64,000 bases of DNA, taken from Candidatus Latescibacterota bacterium. Its GTDB lineage: Bacteria; Latescibacterota; UBA2968; UBA8231. The position numbers and the translations under genes are program-made. Within the stretch, counting starts at the first letter, position 1; each line of letters opens with the position of its first letter. The notes below the pieces were generated by a model that saw only the letters and a program-made list of their open reading frames with translations, was not told where the DNA came from and searched no databases. Shown here one piece after another: positions 18,900-29,342 of this stretch. The stretch spans positions 5,504,001 through 5,568,000 of the forward strand of contig OZ242214.1 in the NCBI GenBank assembly GCA_965206595.1, read 5' to 3'.

Positions 18900-19982
18900 T
18901 TACGGGGAATTGCCGGCGAAGATCCCGGCGTACTCGCGGGCGCTGTTGTCCCATCCGTACTCGCGCAGCACGTACTGCCTGGCCTCGCTACCCAGCTCGG
19001 CGCGCCGGGATTCGGCGAGCGAAAAGAACTCGTGAATGCGGGCGGCGAAGGCGGCGTAGTCGCCTGCGGGGACGAGCCAGCCTCCCTTGCGGATGCTCTC
19101 GACCAGGGCGTCGACGGCGAAGGCGACTACGGGTGTTCCCGCATGCATGCTCTCCAGCGGGGTGATGCCGTAGCCCTCGACGTCGTCGGCCCTCGATACG
19201 TTCGGCATCACGAAGAGACCGGCGCTGCGCCGCAGCATGGCGGCGTCGTCGTCGTCCGGGGCGTCGACGAGTACGATGCGGGAAGCGATCTCGGGGCGGG
19301 ATGCAAACTCGCGCAGCCGCGGCATGTCGGGGCCGGCGCCGGCGATGACGAGGCGGATGTCCCGATCCAGTAGCGGAAGCCCCTGCTCGACGAAGGGGAC
19401 CATCCCCTTGCGGCGAACCTGCCGGCCGATGTTCAGCAGCACTTTCTCCGCATCGAACCGCACTCCGTAGCGCTCCTCGAATTCGCGCCGCAGCTGCGCG
19501 CAGCGCTCCGCCGAGGGTTCGGCAGGCTCGACCCCGACGTAGACGACCTGCAGCCGCTCCGCGGGCAGGCCCCAACCCAAGGCGAGACTCCGCGTGTGCT
19601 CGCTGATGAGGACGATCCGCTCGCAGCAGCGGCAGCCCCGTTTCATCAGCCCCCGGGCCAACGCGCTCCGGTAGGTCATTTCCAGGCCGTAGACGGTGAC
19701 GACGAAGCGGGCCCTGCCCTTGAACGGGTGCAGCAGCGGGGCCAGGGCGCAGACCACCCCGTCGGCGAAGTACACGGCATCGGCGCGGCGCAGGAGGAGG
19801 GAGGCCAGGGTGCGAACCGCGACCCAGGGAAGGAACCAGGCAAGATGCAGCAGCGAGTCCCTGCCGAGCGCTACCAGGGTGACGGGGTACTGCCGGCTGA
19901 GCCGGCTGAAGAGCTTGTGACAGTGGGTCTGAATGCCGCCTACCGAAGGCGGGTAACGGCGCGCCAGGAACAGCAGGCGCAT
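18900..19982 (-). CDS. Glycosyltransferase family 4
   Basis: YPPSVGG at the N-terminus, GRQVRRKG, EGYGITPLES, GTPVV. Confidence 0.88.
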   Translation of the reverse strand: MRLLFLARRYPPSVGGIQTHCHKLFSRLSRQYPVTLVALGRDSLLHLAWFLPWVAVRTLASLLLRRADAVYFADGVVCALAPLLHPFKGRARFVVTVYGLEMTYRSALARGLMKRGCRCCERIVLISEHTRSLALGWGLPAERLQVVYVGVEPAEPSAERCAQLRREFEERYGVRFDAEKVLLNIGRQVRRKGMVPFVEQGLPLLDRDIRLVIAGAGPDMPRLREFASRPEIASRIVLVDAPDDDDAAMLRRSAGLFVMPNVSRADDVEGYGITPLESMHAGTPVVAFAVDALVESIRKGGWLVPAGDYAAFAARIHEFFSLAESRRAELGSEARQYVLREYGWDNSAREYAGIFAGNSP

Positions 19983-20207
19983 CCGGTCTTCAGGGTCGTC
20001 TGCGGCCGGCATCGGCTCGAGGCAGGGTTCGAATCGGAAGGGGTGAGGGGTGGCGACCGGCGAAATATACGTCGCGCAAAAAACGGGCGTAAGCACCGGG
20101 ACGAGGAGCTTGACCCGGCTTCGCGGTCAGGTCGAGTTTCAACTCCGGTCCCGGCCCTGCCAGGAATCCCTGCCGACCGCCTCCCCCAACAACAGCAACA
20201 TGGGTTC

Positions 20208-20876
20208 ATGGATTTCAAGGTGTTTGCAGCCGAAGTCTTCGGCACCTTTCTCCTCATCTTCATCGGCGCCGGAGCGGTCGCCGTCGGGGTCGGCGGACTG
20301 ATCGGGGCCGCCTTTGCCCACGGTTTCGTCGTGATCGCCTACCCATACGGGTACGGCTCCCTGAGCGGCAGCCACCTCAACCCGGCGGTCAGCTTCGGGC
20401 GCTTCGTCGCGGGCGAAATGAAGCCGGGGAAGATGGCCGCGTACTGGGTTGCCCAGGCGGCCGGCGGCATCGCCGGGGCGGCGCTGCTCTACTTCCTGCT
20501 CGGTGCGGAGTCTTCACTCGGCGCCACCGTCCTGGACGAGGGTGTCTCGACCGGGCAGGGGCTGATCCTCGAAGCGGTTCTGACCTTCATTCTGGTCAAC
20601 GCCATTCTCGCTGTCCCCGCCAGCGGCAAAGCGGGGAACCTGGCGCCGATCGTCGTCGGCTTCACCCTCATCTTCTGCATCCTGATGGGGGGACCGCTGA
20701 CGGGGGCTTCCCTGAATCCGGCGCGCACCCTGGGACCGGCGCTGTTCACGGATACCCTGAGCCTTTTCTGGATCTACTTCTCCGGCACCTTCGCCGGGGC
20801 CGCGGCGGCGGGGCTGCTTCACCGGGTTACACGAACCCGTAGCCCGGCCGGAGCAGGAGTGGGCAGCTTCTTTTGA
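20208..20876 (+). CDS. MIP family aquaporin
   Basis: AEVFGTF, SGSHLNPAVS, GASLNPARTLGP (two NPA boxes). Confidence 0.92.
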   Translation: MDFKVFAAEVFGTFLLIFIGAGAVAVGVGGLIGAAFAHGFVVIAYPYGYGSLSGSHLNPAVSFGRFVAGEMKPGKMAAYWVAQAAGGIAGAALLYFLLGAESSLGATVLDEGVSTGQGLILEAVLTFILVNAILAVPASGKAGNLAPIVVGFTLIFCILMGGPLTGASLNPARTLGPALFTDTLSLFWIYFSGTFAGAAAAGLLHRVTRTRSPAGAGVGSFF

Positions 20877-20891
20877 CGGAAAGCGACGAAG

Positions 20892-21308
<417 letters not shown>

Positions 21309-21431
21309 CCGCCCCCGGGGTCTCGCTACCTTAGCAGCCCGTTGAGAACTTGGCCCGCAGAGCCATTCCCACGGGCTGTCAGCGCGGCAGCTCCACTTTT
21401 TCAACCTCCCTCCCACATCGCAGGAGTCAGC

Positions 21432-22457
21432 ATGACGCTCGCAATAGGATTGATAGGCGCCGGGGCGAACACCAGGCTCAAGCATATCCCCGGATTCCAG
21501 GAGATAGACGGGGTCGAGGTGGTCGCCGTCTGCAACCGCAGCCGTGAATCGGCGCGGAAGGTTGCCGCCGACTTCGGCATCCCCCACGTCGTGGAGGACT
21601 GGAAGGAGCTGGTTCACCGCGACGACGTCGATGCCGTATGCGTCGGCACCTGGCCGTACGTGCACTGCGAGGTCGCCCTCGAGGCGCTGAGAGCGGGCAA
21701 GCACCTACTCACCGAGGCGCGCATGGCGATGGATCTCGAGGAAGCCAGGCGGATGTACGCGGCTTCCCAGGCCTCGGACAAGGTCGCCATGATCGTCCCC
21801 GGGCAGATTCACCCCGAGTCGGAGGCGACGACGCTGGAGATGATCGCCGAAGGCTGCTTCGGCGACTGGCTCGAGATCCGGGTCAGCTCCCTGGGCGGGG
21901 GCTACGACCCGCAAGCGCCGCTGCACTGGCGCCAGCGCCGCGTCCTGTCGGGCAACAACATCATGGCCATGGGGATCTTCAACGAGAACGTGCACCGCTA
22001 CGCCGGATTCGAGAAGTCCCTCGTCGCCCACGCGGCGTCGTTCACGACCAGGCGGTTGAACGAGGAGACCGGCGAGATGGAGGACGCCGACGTTCCCGAG
22101 TCGATCGGCATCGTCGCCGAAATGGAGTCGGGGGCCACCGCGGTCTACCACCTCTCCAACGTGGCGCGGCTCGGAGGCAGCGGCGCCGAGTTCGAGCTGC
22201 ACGGGACCAAGGGGGCCTTCAAGTTGGAGGAGGGCACCGCCTGGGTGGCGGGAGAGGGGGACAGCGAGTTCCGCAGGCTGGAGATCCCGCCCGAAAAGCG
22301 GGGCGAGTGGCGCGTCGAGAGGGAGTTCGTCGACGCCATTCGCGAAGGCGCCCCGGTGACCCACACCAACTTCGGCGACGGCGTGAGGTACATGGAGTTC
22401 ACCGAGGCGGTCCACATCAGCCTCCGGGAGGGCCGGCGCGCCGACTTTCCGCTGTAG
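21432..22457 (+). CDS. Gfo/Idh/MocA family oxidoreductase
   Basis: IGLIGAG, DVDAVCVGT, AGKHLLTEARMA; RBS AGGAG. Confidence 0.9.
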   Translation: MTLAIGLIGAGANTRLKHIPGFQEIDGVEVVAVCNRSRESARKVAADFGIPHVVEDWKELVHRDDVDAVCVGTWPYVHCEVALEALRAGKHLLTEARMAMDLEEARRMYAASQASDKVAMIVPGQIHPESEATTLEMIAEGCFGDWLEIRVSSLGGGYDPQAPLHWRQRRVLSGNNIMAMGIFNENVHRYAGFEKSLVAHAASFTTRRLNEETGEMEDADVPESIGIVAEMESGATAVYHLSNVARLGGSGAEFELHGTKGAFKLEEGTAWVAGEGDSEFRRLEIPPEKRGEWRVEREFVDAIREGAPVTHTNFGDGVRYMEFTEAVHISLREGRRADFPL

Positions 22458-22540
22458 GGGATTTCCCTCGGCCGGCCGGTCGTTCCCGGCAGCGACAAGG
22501 ACCGCGAGCCCGGGCAGGTGGTCTCGAGGGCCGGGACAGT

Positions 22541-22577
22541 AAAAGCCGCTCCCTCATCTGGAAAAGGGGCGGCTTTT
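22541..22577. terminator. Bidirectional intrinsic terminator between convergent genes
   Basis: AAAAGCCGCTCC...GGGGCGGCTTTT inverted repeat with A and T tails. Confidence 0.7.
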
Positions 22578-22686
22578 CTGTATCAGATTTCCGGAACGTT
22601 GCGGCCTGTCCGACGGGGGAGATCCGGGCCCATCTCCAGGCGCGCCAGCTGGGAGCCGGACCTTCCCGGCGCCTGCGAGTCGTACC

Positions 22687-24111
22687 TCAGGGCCGGTCCC
22701 ACGGCAGCGAGTAGGTCTTGACCCAGGTCATCGCCTTCATCGTTTCGAGCACCCCTTCCTTGTATCCCAGCCCCGATGACTTGATGCCGCCGAACGGAGT
22801 GGTCTCGAGGCGGTAGCTCGGCGCCTCGTTTACGTTCACCGTTCCCGCTTCGAGCTCTCCGATCACCCGCTGAATCGAGGGCCAGTGATCGCTGACCACG
22901 CCCGAGGACAGTCCGTAGGGGGTGTCGTTGCCGATGCGGACCGCCTCGTCGAGGGAGGAGACGCGGATGATCGGGGCCACTGGGCCGAAGGTCTCCCGCG
23001 CCCCCAGCTCGCACGCGGGATCGACCCGGTCGAGGGCGGTCGGGAAATAGAGCGCGCCTTCCCGCCGGTGGCCTGCCAGCAGCTCGGCGCCGCGGCCGAG
23101 GCAGTCCTCCACCCGCGCCTCGATGCCGCGGGCGGCTTCTTCGGAAATCACCGTGCCGACATCGGTTTCCTCCTCATACGGATCGCCGCAGCTCAGGCGC
23201 GAAACCGCCTCGGCCAGGGCCGCGGAAAAGCGGTCGGCAATCCCCTCGTCGACGAGGATGCGGCGGATCGCCGTGCAGCGCTGCCCGCTGTTTTTGAAGA
23301 TGCCGGCGACGGCGATTCCAGCCGCGGTTTCAGGGTCGGCATCGGCGAGCACGAGCAGCGGTGAGCTGCCGCCCAGCTCGAGCACCAGCCGCTTGTACCC
23401 GGCGAGGGCGGCGATGCGGCGGCCGGTGGCGCTGCTGCCGGTGAAGGTCACCATGTCGACGAGGTCGTGGGCGACCAGGCGCTCCGCCACCCCGCTGACC
23501 GGGCCGTTGAAGACCGCCAGGGACTGCGGCGGCAGCCCGCACTCGAACGCCAGCTCGGCCAGGTAGTAGGCCGACAGCGGCGTTTTCTCCGACGGCTTCA
23601 GCAGCACCGTGTTATTGGTCGCGATCGCCGGCGCGATCTTGTGGGCGACCTGGTTCATCGGATGGTTGAACGGGGTGACCGCAGCGATCGCGCGGAATGG
23701 GTAGCGGGAAGTGTAGATACGACGCGGGCGCCCTTGGGCGGAGACGTCGCACGGAAACACCTCGGAATCGTCCTGGAGCGCCGCCATCGCCGAGAAACGC
23801 AGCACCTCGCAGACCCGCAGCGCTTCGTAGCGGGTGTCCTTCAGGGACAGCCCGGACTCGTCCGTTATCATGCGGCTGATCACATCGCTGCGCTCTTCGA
23901 CAGCGGCCGCCATCCGCATCAGAACGTCGCTGCGCTCTCGCCTGCTCAGGCGCACCTCGGCGGCGTGGACCTGCTCGACGATGGCGTCGACGCGCCCGGG
24001 ATCGAGAGAGGCGACTCTTCCGACCTGCTCCGAGGTATACGGGTTGCGTACGTCGATCCACTCGCGGCCCGGTTGCTGCTGCCCGCCGATGATGCTGCCG
24101 TATTCACGCAT
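22687..24111 (-). CDS. phnY: Phosphonoacetaldehyde dehydrogenase
   Basis: ALDH motifs (TPFNHPMNQVAHK, LELGG, NSGQRC, ETFGP) and PhnY-type C-terminus GLGYKEGV...KTYSLPW; adjacent to phnA. Confidence 0.9.
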   Translation of the reverse strand: MREYGSIIGGQQQPGREWIDVRNPYTSEQVGRVASLDPGRVDAIVEQVHAAEVRLSRRERSDVLMRMAAAVEERSDVISRMITDESGLSLKDTRYEALRVCEVLRFSAMAALQDDSEVFPCDVSAQGRPRRIYTSRYPFRAIAAVTPFNHPMNQVAHKIAPAIATNNTVLLKPSEKTPLSAYYLAELAFECGLPPQSLAVFNGPVSGVAERLVAHDLVDMVTFTGSSATGRRIAALAGYKRLVLELGGSSPLLVLADADPETAAGIAVAGIFKNSGQRCTAIRRILVDEGIADRFSAALAEAVSRLSCGDPYEEETDVGTVISEEAARGIEARVEDCLGRGAELLAGHRREGALYFPTALDRVDPACELGARETFGPVAPIIRVSSLDEAVRIGNDTPYGLSSGVVSDHWPSIQRVIGELEAGTVNVNEAPSYRLETTPFGGIKSSGLGYKEGVLETMKAMTWVKTYSLPWDRP

Positions 24112-24388
24112 GGGTTCTACCCCGGAAAAGCCCGCCGCGGGGCAGGTCCCGCGCTCCGACCACGGGGTCTGCGGGTCCTCTTTTCGACGGGTCCCTGGTC
24201 TCGCCTGGAATGGCGGCGTTGCCAATGGGTTGACAGCGGCAGTCCCGCGAAAAGCCAGGACGCCCCTCGCCGGGACACCTCGGGCTGCTTGAGGGGCACG
24301 CCCGCCAAATGCCGCCCGTAGGGTCCATCCCGCTCCTTGCAGGCCAGATGCCTCTGCCCCTTCGATTTTGCAAGCTCATGGGGCGGAG

Positions 24389-25603
24389 CTAGTCCTCGAC
24401 ACCGTTACAGAGGGCGTCGAAGAGGTCGAAGTTGCGCATCCGGTTGCCGGCGAGGCGCTCGCGGTAGCGGCTCTTCAGAGGGCGGTTGACAATGAATGGA
24501 ACGGTCGCTTCGTGCAGCCCTCCGTGCGACCGGAGCCCCGTCCCGACGCTGGACAAATCGTGCCACTCCGGGGTCTTGCCGAGCACGGTGCCGCGGTCCG
24601 CCAGCAGCACGAGATCGCCGATGAGGTCGGGGGGCAGCGCGAACTCCGCGGCTGCCTCCTGTTTCGCCAGCACCCGCTCGACTCCCGGCACCTGCTCGAG
24701 CAGCGCGCGCGCGCGGGGGAGGTCCGCGGCCCCGAGATAAACCGTCGCGTACGACCCCAGGGCGCCGTGGTGGACGACGTAGGGGTCGGTGACCGGCAGG
24801 ATTACCCGCGCCTCGATTCCGGCGGCTTCGAGAAGGCTCCCGAGGTATTGCACGTTCGGCGAGCCGTCGGCCCTGGTCTTGTCGTTCATGCCGTGGTCCG
24901 CGGTGATGCCGACGATGGCGCCGCAGTCGTGCAGCTCCCCGAGGAAGACGTCGAGCCGTCCGTAGAAATCGGCCGCCGCGGGCGCCCCCGGCACGAACTT
25001 GTGCTGCACGAAGTCCGTCGTCGACAGGTACATCAGGTCGATTTCCCCCCGCTGCAGCAGGCGCGCGCCCGCTTCGAGGCAGAAGACGCTCGCCTCGGGA
25101 TCGTAGATGCCGGGGTTTTCGCGCCCCACCAGACCGAGGACGTCGCCGATGCCGTTTTCCTCCTCGGTGACCGCTTCGGCGCACTCGACCGAGAAGCTGA
25201 TTCCGCGCAGGTCGTGGCCGAGAAAACGACGCAGCTTCTCCTTGGTGGTGATCGCCGCCACCCTGGCGCCCGCCTCGCTGAACGCCGCCGTAATGGTCTG
25301 GGCTCGCAGGTCCTGCGGGTCGTCCATCATGACCTCGCGTCCGCTGGCCTCGTCGTAGTAGTAGTTGCCGCAGATGCCGTTGACGTCCGGGGTCGTTCCG
25401 GTGAGGATGGCGACGTTGTTAGGGTTGGTGTAGGAGGGAATGACCGCCTGCGCCAGGCCGGAGCAGCCGGCAGCGGTCAGCTCCTGCAGGTTCGGCATGG
25501 AAGCCGCGGCGGCCTCGAGGTATGTCGGGTCGCAGCCGTCGATGCAGATGCCGACGACCGGCGCTGCCGGCAGATTGTAGTCGCGGCCGTTTACTGTGGG
25601 CAT
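24389..25603 (-). CDS. phnA: Phosphonoacetate hydrolase
   Basis: TVNGRDY, CIDGC, PSYTNPNN, YLSTTDFVQHK, TADHGMN, DPYVVHHGALG, LRSHGG, RNFD. Confidence 0.95.
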   Translation of the reverse strand: MPTVNGRDYNLPAAPVVGICIDGCDPTYLEAAAASMPNLQELTAAGCSGLAQAVIPSYTNPNNVAILTGTTPDVNGICGNYYYDEASGREVMMDDPQDLRAQTITAAFSEAGARVAAITTKEKLRRFLGHDLRGISFSVECAEAVTEEENGIGDVLGLVGRENPGIYDPEASVFCLEAGARLLQRGEIDLMYLSTTDFVQHKFVPGAPAAADFYGRLDVFLGELHDCGAIVGITADHGMNDKTRADGSPNVQYLGSLLEAAGIEARVILPVTDPYVVHHGALGSYATVYLGAADLPRARALLEQVPGVERVLAKQEAAAEFALPPDLIGDLVLLADRGTVLGKTPEWHDLSSVGTGLRSHGGLHEATVPFIVNRPLKSRYRERLAGNRMRNFDLFDALCNGVED

Positions 25604-25604
25604 T

Positions 25605-26672
25605 TCAGCACTCCTCGGCGCGCACCGCGATCCGGTGCCAGGCCCGGGATTCCGCCGCGGCAAACGCTTCATCGAGCCGCGACAGCGGATAGGGGGAGGG
25701 GTCGACGAGCCGCTCGTACGGATGGGTGGCAGCGGTCGCTTCGAGGAACCGCAGCGCTTCATGGAGATGGCGGGGGCTGTAGTTGTGGACGCCGCGCAGG
25801 GTCAGGCACTTGCGGATGATCTGCTCCCCGGTCAGCTGCAGGGCGCTGCGCGGGTGCACCATGCCGGCGAGAAGCAGCCATCCCCCGGTGCGCACGAGGT
25901 CAACGCCTTCCGGCAGAAGCGAGGGGTCGCCCGCGGCCTCGATGACGGCGTCGGGGCCGTGCGGGCAGCGGTCGCGGACTGTGGCCTCTCTCTCCTCCGG
26001 GTCCGCCCCGAGAGGGGTGGCGCCGAAGGATGGGGCCAGCGCCAGTCGACCGGGGTCGGCGTCGAAGCAGAACAGGTGGCGGACGCCGCGCTGCCGCAGC
26101 AGGGCGCACAGGTACAGACCGAGGAGGCCGGCCCCTTGGACGACGGCGCTTTCGCAGGACCCGGGCAGCTGCGAAACGACGTTCACCGCGGTTGCCAGGA
26201 CGCAGTTGGCCGGCGCCACCGCGGCGTCGCTGAGCGATCCCGGCACCGCTGCTACCTCGGTGCCCGGGCGCAGCAGGATGTGGGAGGCGTAGCAGCCGCT
26301 CGCGCTCCCCTCGGCGAGCGAGGCGTGCCCGTACTTGAACAGGGATTCGCACTTCTCGGGCAGTCCGTACCCGGTGCAGAAGGCGCAGGAGCCGCAGCGG
26401 TCGACCAGGGACCAGGTCACGCGCGTCCCGGCCTCGAGGTCCCGGCCGCGCCCGGAGGCGGCGACCGTGCCGACCCCTTCGTGCCCGAGCACCGCCGGGA
26501 CCGGCTGGGAGCGGATGCCGCGCACAGTGTGCAGGTCGGAGCCGCAGATGGTCGCGAGATCGAGCCGCACCATGACCTCGCCCGCGGCCGGTTCCGGCAA
26601 CTGCAGGCGGCGCAGCTCGAAGCCGGTCCCCGGTCCGTGGAACACCTGCATCACAGCTTCAGTCGAAGGCAC
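25605..26672 (-). CDS. Zn-dependent alcohol dehydrogenase, phosphonate catabolism-associated type
   Basis: CGSDLH, GHE, CGSCAFC..C, GAGLLG, LRGVHNY; stop codon 1 nt from the phnA start. Confidence 0.85.
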   Translation of the reverse strand: MPSTEAVMQVFHGPGTGFELRRLQLPEPAAGEVMVRLDLATICGSDLHTVRGIRSQPVPAVLGHEGVGTVAASGRGRDLEAGTRVTWSLVDRCGSCAFCTGYGLPEKCESLFKYGHASLAEGSASGCYASHILLRPGTEVAAVPGSLSDAAVAPANCVLATAVNVVSQLPGSCESAVVQGAGLLGLYLCALLRQRGVRHLFCFDADPGRLALAPSFGATPLGADPEEREATVRDRCPHGPDAVIEAAGDPSLLPEGVDLVRTGGWLLLAGMVHPRSALQLTGEQIIRKCLTLRGVHNYSPRHLHEALRFLEATAATHPYERLVDPSPYPLSRLDEAFAAAESRAWHRIAVRAEEC

Positions 26673-26738
26673 GGTCAGGGGCCCCTTTGCTGGATTCCGG
26701 GTTTCCGGCTGCCTCCGGCGCGGATGGGGAAGCGCCGG

Positions 26739-26885
26739 TTACGGCTTGCGCCAGTCCTCCGCGGCCGGCTGCGGCCCTGGATCGGAGATGTGCACGATTG
26801 TCTCGATGCCGCTCACCAGGCGATCGGTGGCGCTGCCGTGCCGGCTGCCGGCGTTGGTAACCAGGACCTTCAACGGGGCGGACAC
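26739..26885 (-). pseudogene. 48-codon internally deleted remnant resembling an NAD-dependent epimerase N-terminus
   Basis: GTG overlaps the guaB stop; reads MSAPLKVLVTNAGSRHGSATDRLVSGIETIVHISD... Confidence 0.4.
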
Positions 26886-28366
26886 TACAGGATCTGCTGG
26901 TCGATGTTCATCGGCACCATGTCGTGGATGTCGCTGTCGTCGAGAGCGGTCGGGGACTGCATCTCGACCTGCGCCGACCGGTGCAACTCGCGAATGGAGC
27001 GGCAGCCCGCGGTGGCCAGGGTCGAGCGCAGGATCTGCAGCACCAGGGGAAGCTTCTCGTAGATCGAGCCTAGGTGGGGGACGTACCCGGTGATTCCCTC
27101 TTCGAAGAAGAGGTCCCGCAGCTGCGCGTAGCGCCGGTGATTGCGCGCCTTGCTGCTGCCCTCCATCCAGTACTCCTTGACTATCTCGCCGCCGGCGTTG
27201 CGGACCAGGTTGCCCGCGCTTTCGGTGTAGCGGGCGAAGAAGTTGCCCATCATCAGCGCGTCCGCTCCCAGCGCCAGCGCCACCGACATCTCCGCGGGGC
27301 CGCTGATGCCGCCGTCGGCGATCAGCGGAATGTAGCGTCCTTCCTTTTCGAACAGGGCGTCGCGCACCGGGGCGATGTCCATCAGCGTCGTGGCCTGCCC
27401 GCGGCCGGTCGCCTTGACCTCCATCGTCGTGCATCCCGAGCCGATCCCCATCCCGACCTTGACGGCGTCGGCCCCGGCGCCGACGAGAAACTCGAACCCC
27501 TTGGCGGTGATCACGTTGCCGGCGATCACCGGGACGTCGTAGCTGCTTTTGATCCACTCGAGCATCTGGCGCTGGAAATGCGTGTGCCCGTCCGAGGCGT
27601 CGATGACGAGGGCGTCGACCTCGCGCTCGACGAGACTCTGCACCCGCTCCCGGTCCTCGGGGTGGGTGGAGACCGCGGCCCCGACGAGCAGGCGTTTCTT
27701 GCTGTCGATCGACTCGTTGGGGTGCTCGAGGTGCTTGTCGAGGTCCTTCTTGAAGACCACGGACTGCAGGATGCCGTCGTTGTCGATGATCGGCAGGAAG
27801 CCGCGGCCGTACTCGATCATCAGCTCATTCGCTTCCTTGAGGTCGGCGATGTCCACCCCTGCCTGGACGTCCCGGCGCATCCGCTCCCCCACGGTGCAGG
27901 CGTGGTCGCCGCGCACGTCGAAGTCCTTGTCCGTGATGATGCCGAGGAGGCGGCCGTGAAAGGCGCCGCTGTCCGTTACGGGAAAGGTCGAGTACCCGGT
28001 GTCCCGGATGATCTCGATGACGTCGGCTATCACGTGCCGGGGGGACAAGGTCATGATGTTGGTCTGAAAGCCGGCCTTGAAGCGCTTGACCACGTCGATC
28101 TTTCCGCTCTGCTCCTCCATCGTCTGGCTCACCGGCAGGATGCCGATGCCGCCGAGCTGCGAGATCGCGATCGCCATCTCGGCGCCGGTCACGGCCTGCA
28201 TGGCGGCGCTGAGGAACGGCGTCTTCAGCTTGAGGAAGCCGTCGTCGCGGGCGCACAGGCGCGTTCCGAGATCGACGTTGAGGGCATTGCCGTCCGGCGG
28301 CGTGTACCCGGGCAGTATGCGGAACTCTCTGAGGCTGTGGGAGGGGCGGTTGAGAATCTGCGCCAT
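26885..28366 (-). CDS. guaB: IMP dehydrogenase with CBS pair
   Basis: SAAMQAV, IDASDGH, AGNV, KVGMGIGSGCTT (catalytic Cys), IADGGI, KEYWMEGS; start at MAQILN. Confidence 0.92.
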   Translation of the reverse strand: MAQILNRPSHSLREFRILPGYTPPDGNALNVDLGTRLCARDDGFLKLKTPFLSAAMQAVTGAEMAIAISQLGGIGILPVSQTMEEQSGKIDVVKRFKAGFQTNIMTLSPRHVIADVIEIIRDTGYSTFPVTDSGAFHGRLLGIITDKDFDVRGDHACTVGERMRRDVQAGVDIADLKEANELMIEYGRGFLPIIDNDGILQSVVFKKDLDKHLEHPNESIDSKKRLLVGAAVSTHPEDRERVQSLVEREVDALVIDASDGHTHFQRQMLEWIKSSYDVPVIAGNVITAKGFEFLVGAGADAVKVGMGIGSGCTTMEVKATGRGQATTLMDIAPVRDALFEKEGRYIPLIADGGISGPAEMSVALALGADALMMGNFFARYTESAGNLVRNAGGEIVKEYWMEGSSKARNHRRYAQLRDLFFEEGITGYVPHLGSIYEKLPLVLQILRSTLATAGCRSIRELHRSAQVEMQSPTALDDSDIHDMVPMNIDQQIL

Positions 28367-28603
28367 CGGCGGCCTCTCGGTGGTGGACGCGCGGGGGCGT
28401 GCGGTGGGGCGGGATGGCGGACCCGAAAGCGGCTCCGCGACAACAGGTAAGGGGCAGAAAATAGAGGGGGGAACCGCTTTGTTCAAATGGGGTTCCGCCG
28501 TTATGTTCTGAAAGACAACGGCTCGAGGCGCGCTGGCGGATCGCGACTTTCCGAGGATCCTTTCAGTCGCCGCAGAGTCGTACTCGAGAAGGAGGAAAAG
28601 CGA

Positions 28604-28858
28604 ATGTTCTACAGTCGATACTATCCCGGGAACAGCTCCGGGGGCCGCCTGACCGGTTTCGTCATCGGATGCTGCGCCGGATTCGTGATCGGCAGCGCCC
28701 TCGGGGTGCTGCTGGCGCCCCACAGGGGGGACATCACCCGCCGCAAGATTTCCCGCCGCGCCGAAGAGACGAAGGATCAGGTCGTGGAAAAGGTGGAAGA
28801 CCTGATGGTGCACCGCAAAGAGGAAGAAGCCGATGACGAGGAAGAGGCAAATAGCTGA
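28604..28858 (+). CDS. YtxH domain-containing protein
   Basis: GFVIGSALGVLLAPHRGDITRRKI motif; RBS AAGGAGG. Confidence 0.8.
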   Translation: MFYSRYYPGNSSGGRLTGFVIGCCAGFVIGSALGVLLAPHRGDITRRKISRRAEETKDQVVEKVEDLMVHRKEEEADDEEEANS

Positions 28859-29168
28859 CGCCCTTCGGGAGCGCCTCGCCGGGGCGGCCGAGCGCGGCCG
28901 CGTTCTCGGTCAGGCGCTGAAGGTCCGCGCCGACATCGCCGCCTCCCGGCGCCAGCTGAAGACCACCTTCGGCGAGCTGGGAAAGCACGTGTACTCCAGC
29001 ATCAAGGCCGGCGATCTGCCGGCCGCGGCCGGTGCCGAAGGGGACGAGGTGCTGCTGGCGTACACTCAGCGGATCGACGGGTGCAAGGCCGACATCCGCT
29101 TGAAGGAGGCGGAGTTGCGGGAGATCCTGCGCTCCGGAGGGCGGGAGAACGGCGAGCCGGAGAGCTGA
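28833..29168 (+). CDS. Hypothetical coiled-coil protein
   Basis: Helical composition, FGELGKHVY; overlaps the YtxH gene end. Confidence 0.65.
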   Translation: MTRKRQIADALRERLAGAAERGRVLGQALKVRADIAASRRQLKTTFGELGKHVYSSIKAGDLPAAAGAEGDEVLLAYTQRIDGCKADIRLKEAELREILRSGGRENGEPES

Positions 29169-29200
29169 ATGCGAACCCCGTACGACAAGGAGGGCTAGAG

Positions 29201-29296
29201 GTGCGCTTCCTTTGCGGCCTGACGATCGGTTTCTGCCTCGGCCTGATGCTGCTCAGCTGCCTGCTCGAGTGCCTGGAGTGCGACCGGGCGGACTGA
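29201..29296 (+). CDS. Small hydrophobic Cys-rich protein, 31 aa
   Basis: AAGGAGG RBS then GTG; MRFLCGLTIGFCLGLMLLSCLLECLECDRAD. Confidence 0.45.
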   Translation: MRFLCGLTIGFCLGLMLLSCLLECLECDRAD

Positions 29297-29342
29297 GCAG
29301 CCTGTCACGGCCGCGGCGGCGACCCTCCATTCGCGCCCTGGC

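Noticed and set aside
24112-24388. 277-bp phnA-phnY spacer as a riboswitch or sRNA
   Set aside because: No recognisable family motif, terminator or convincing ORF by eye; an Rfam/Infernal scan would be needed.
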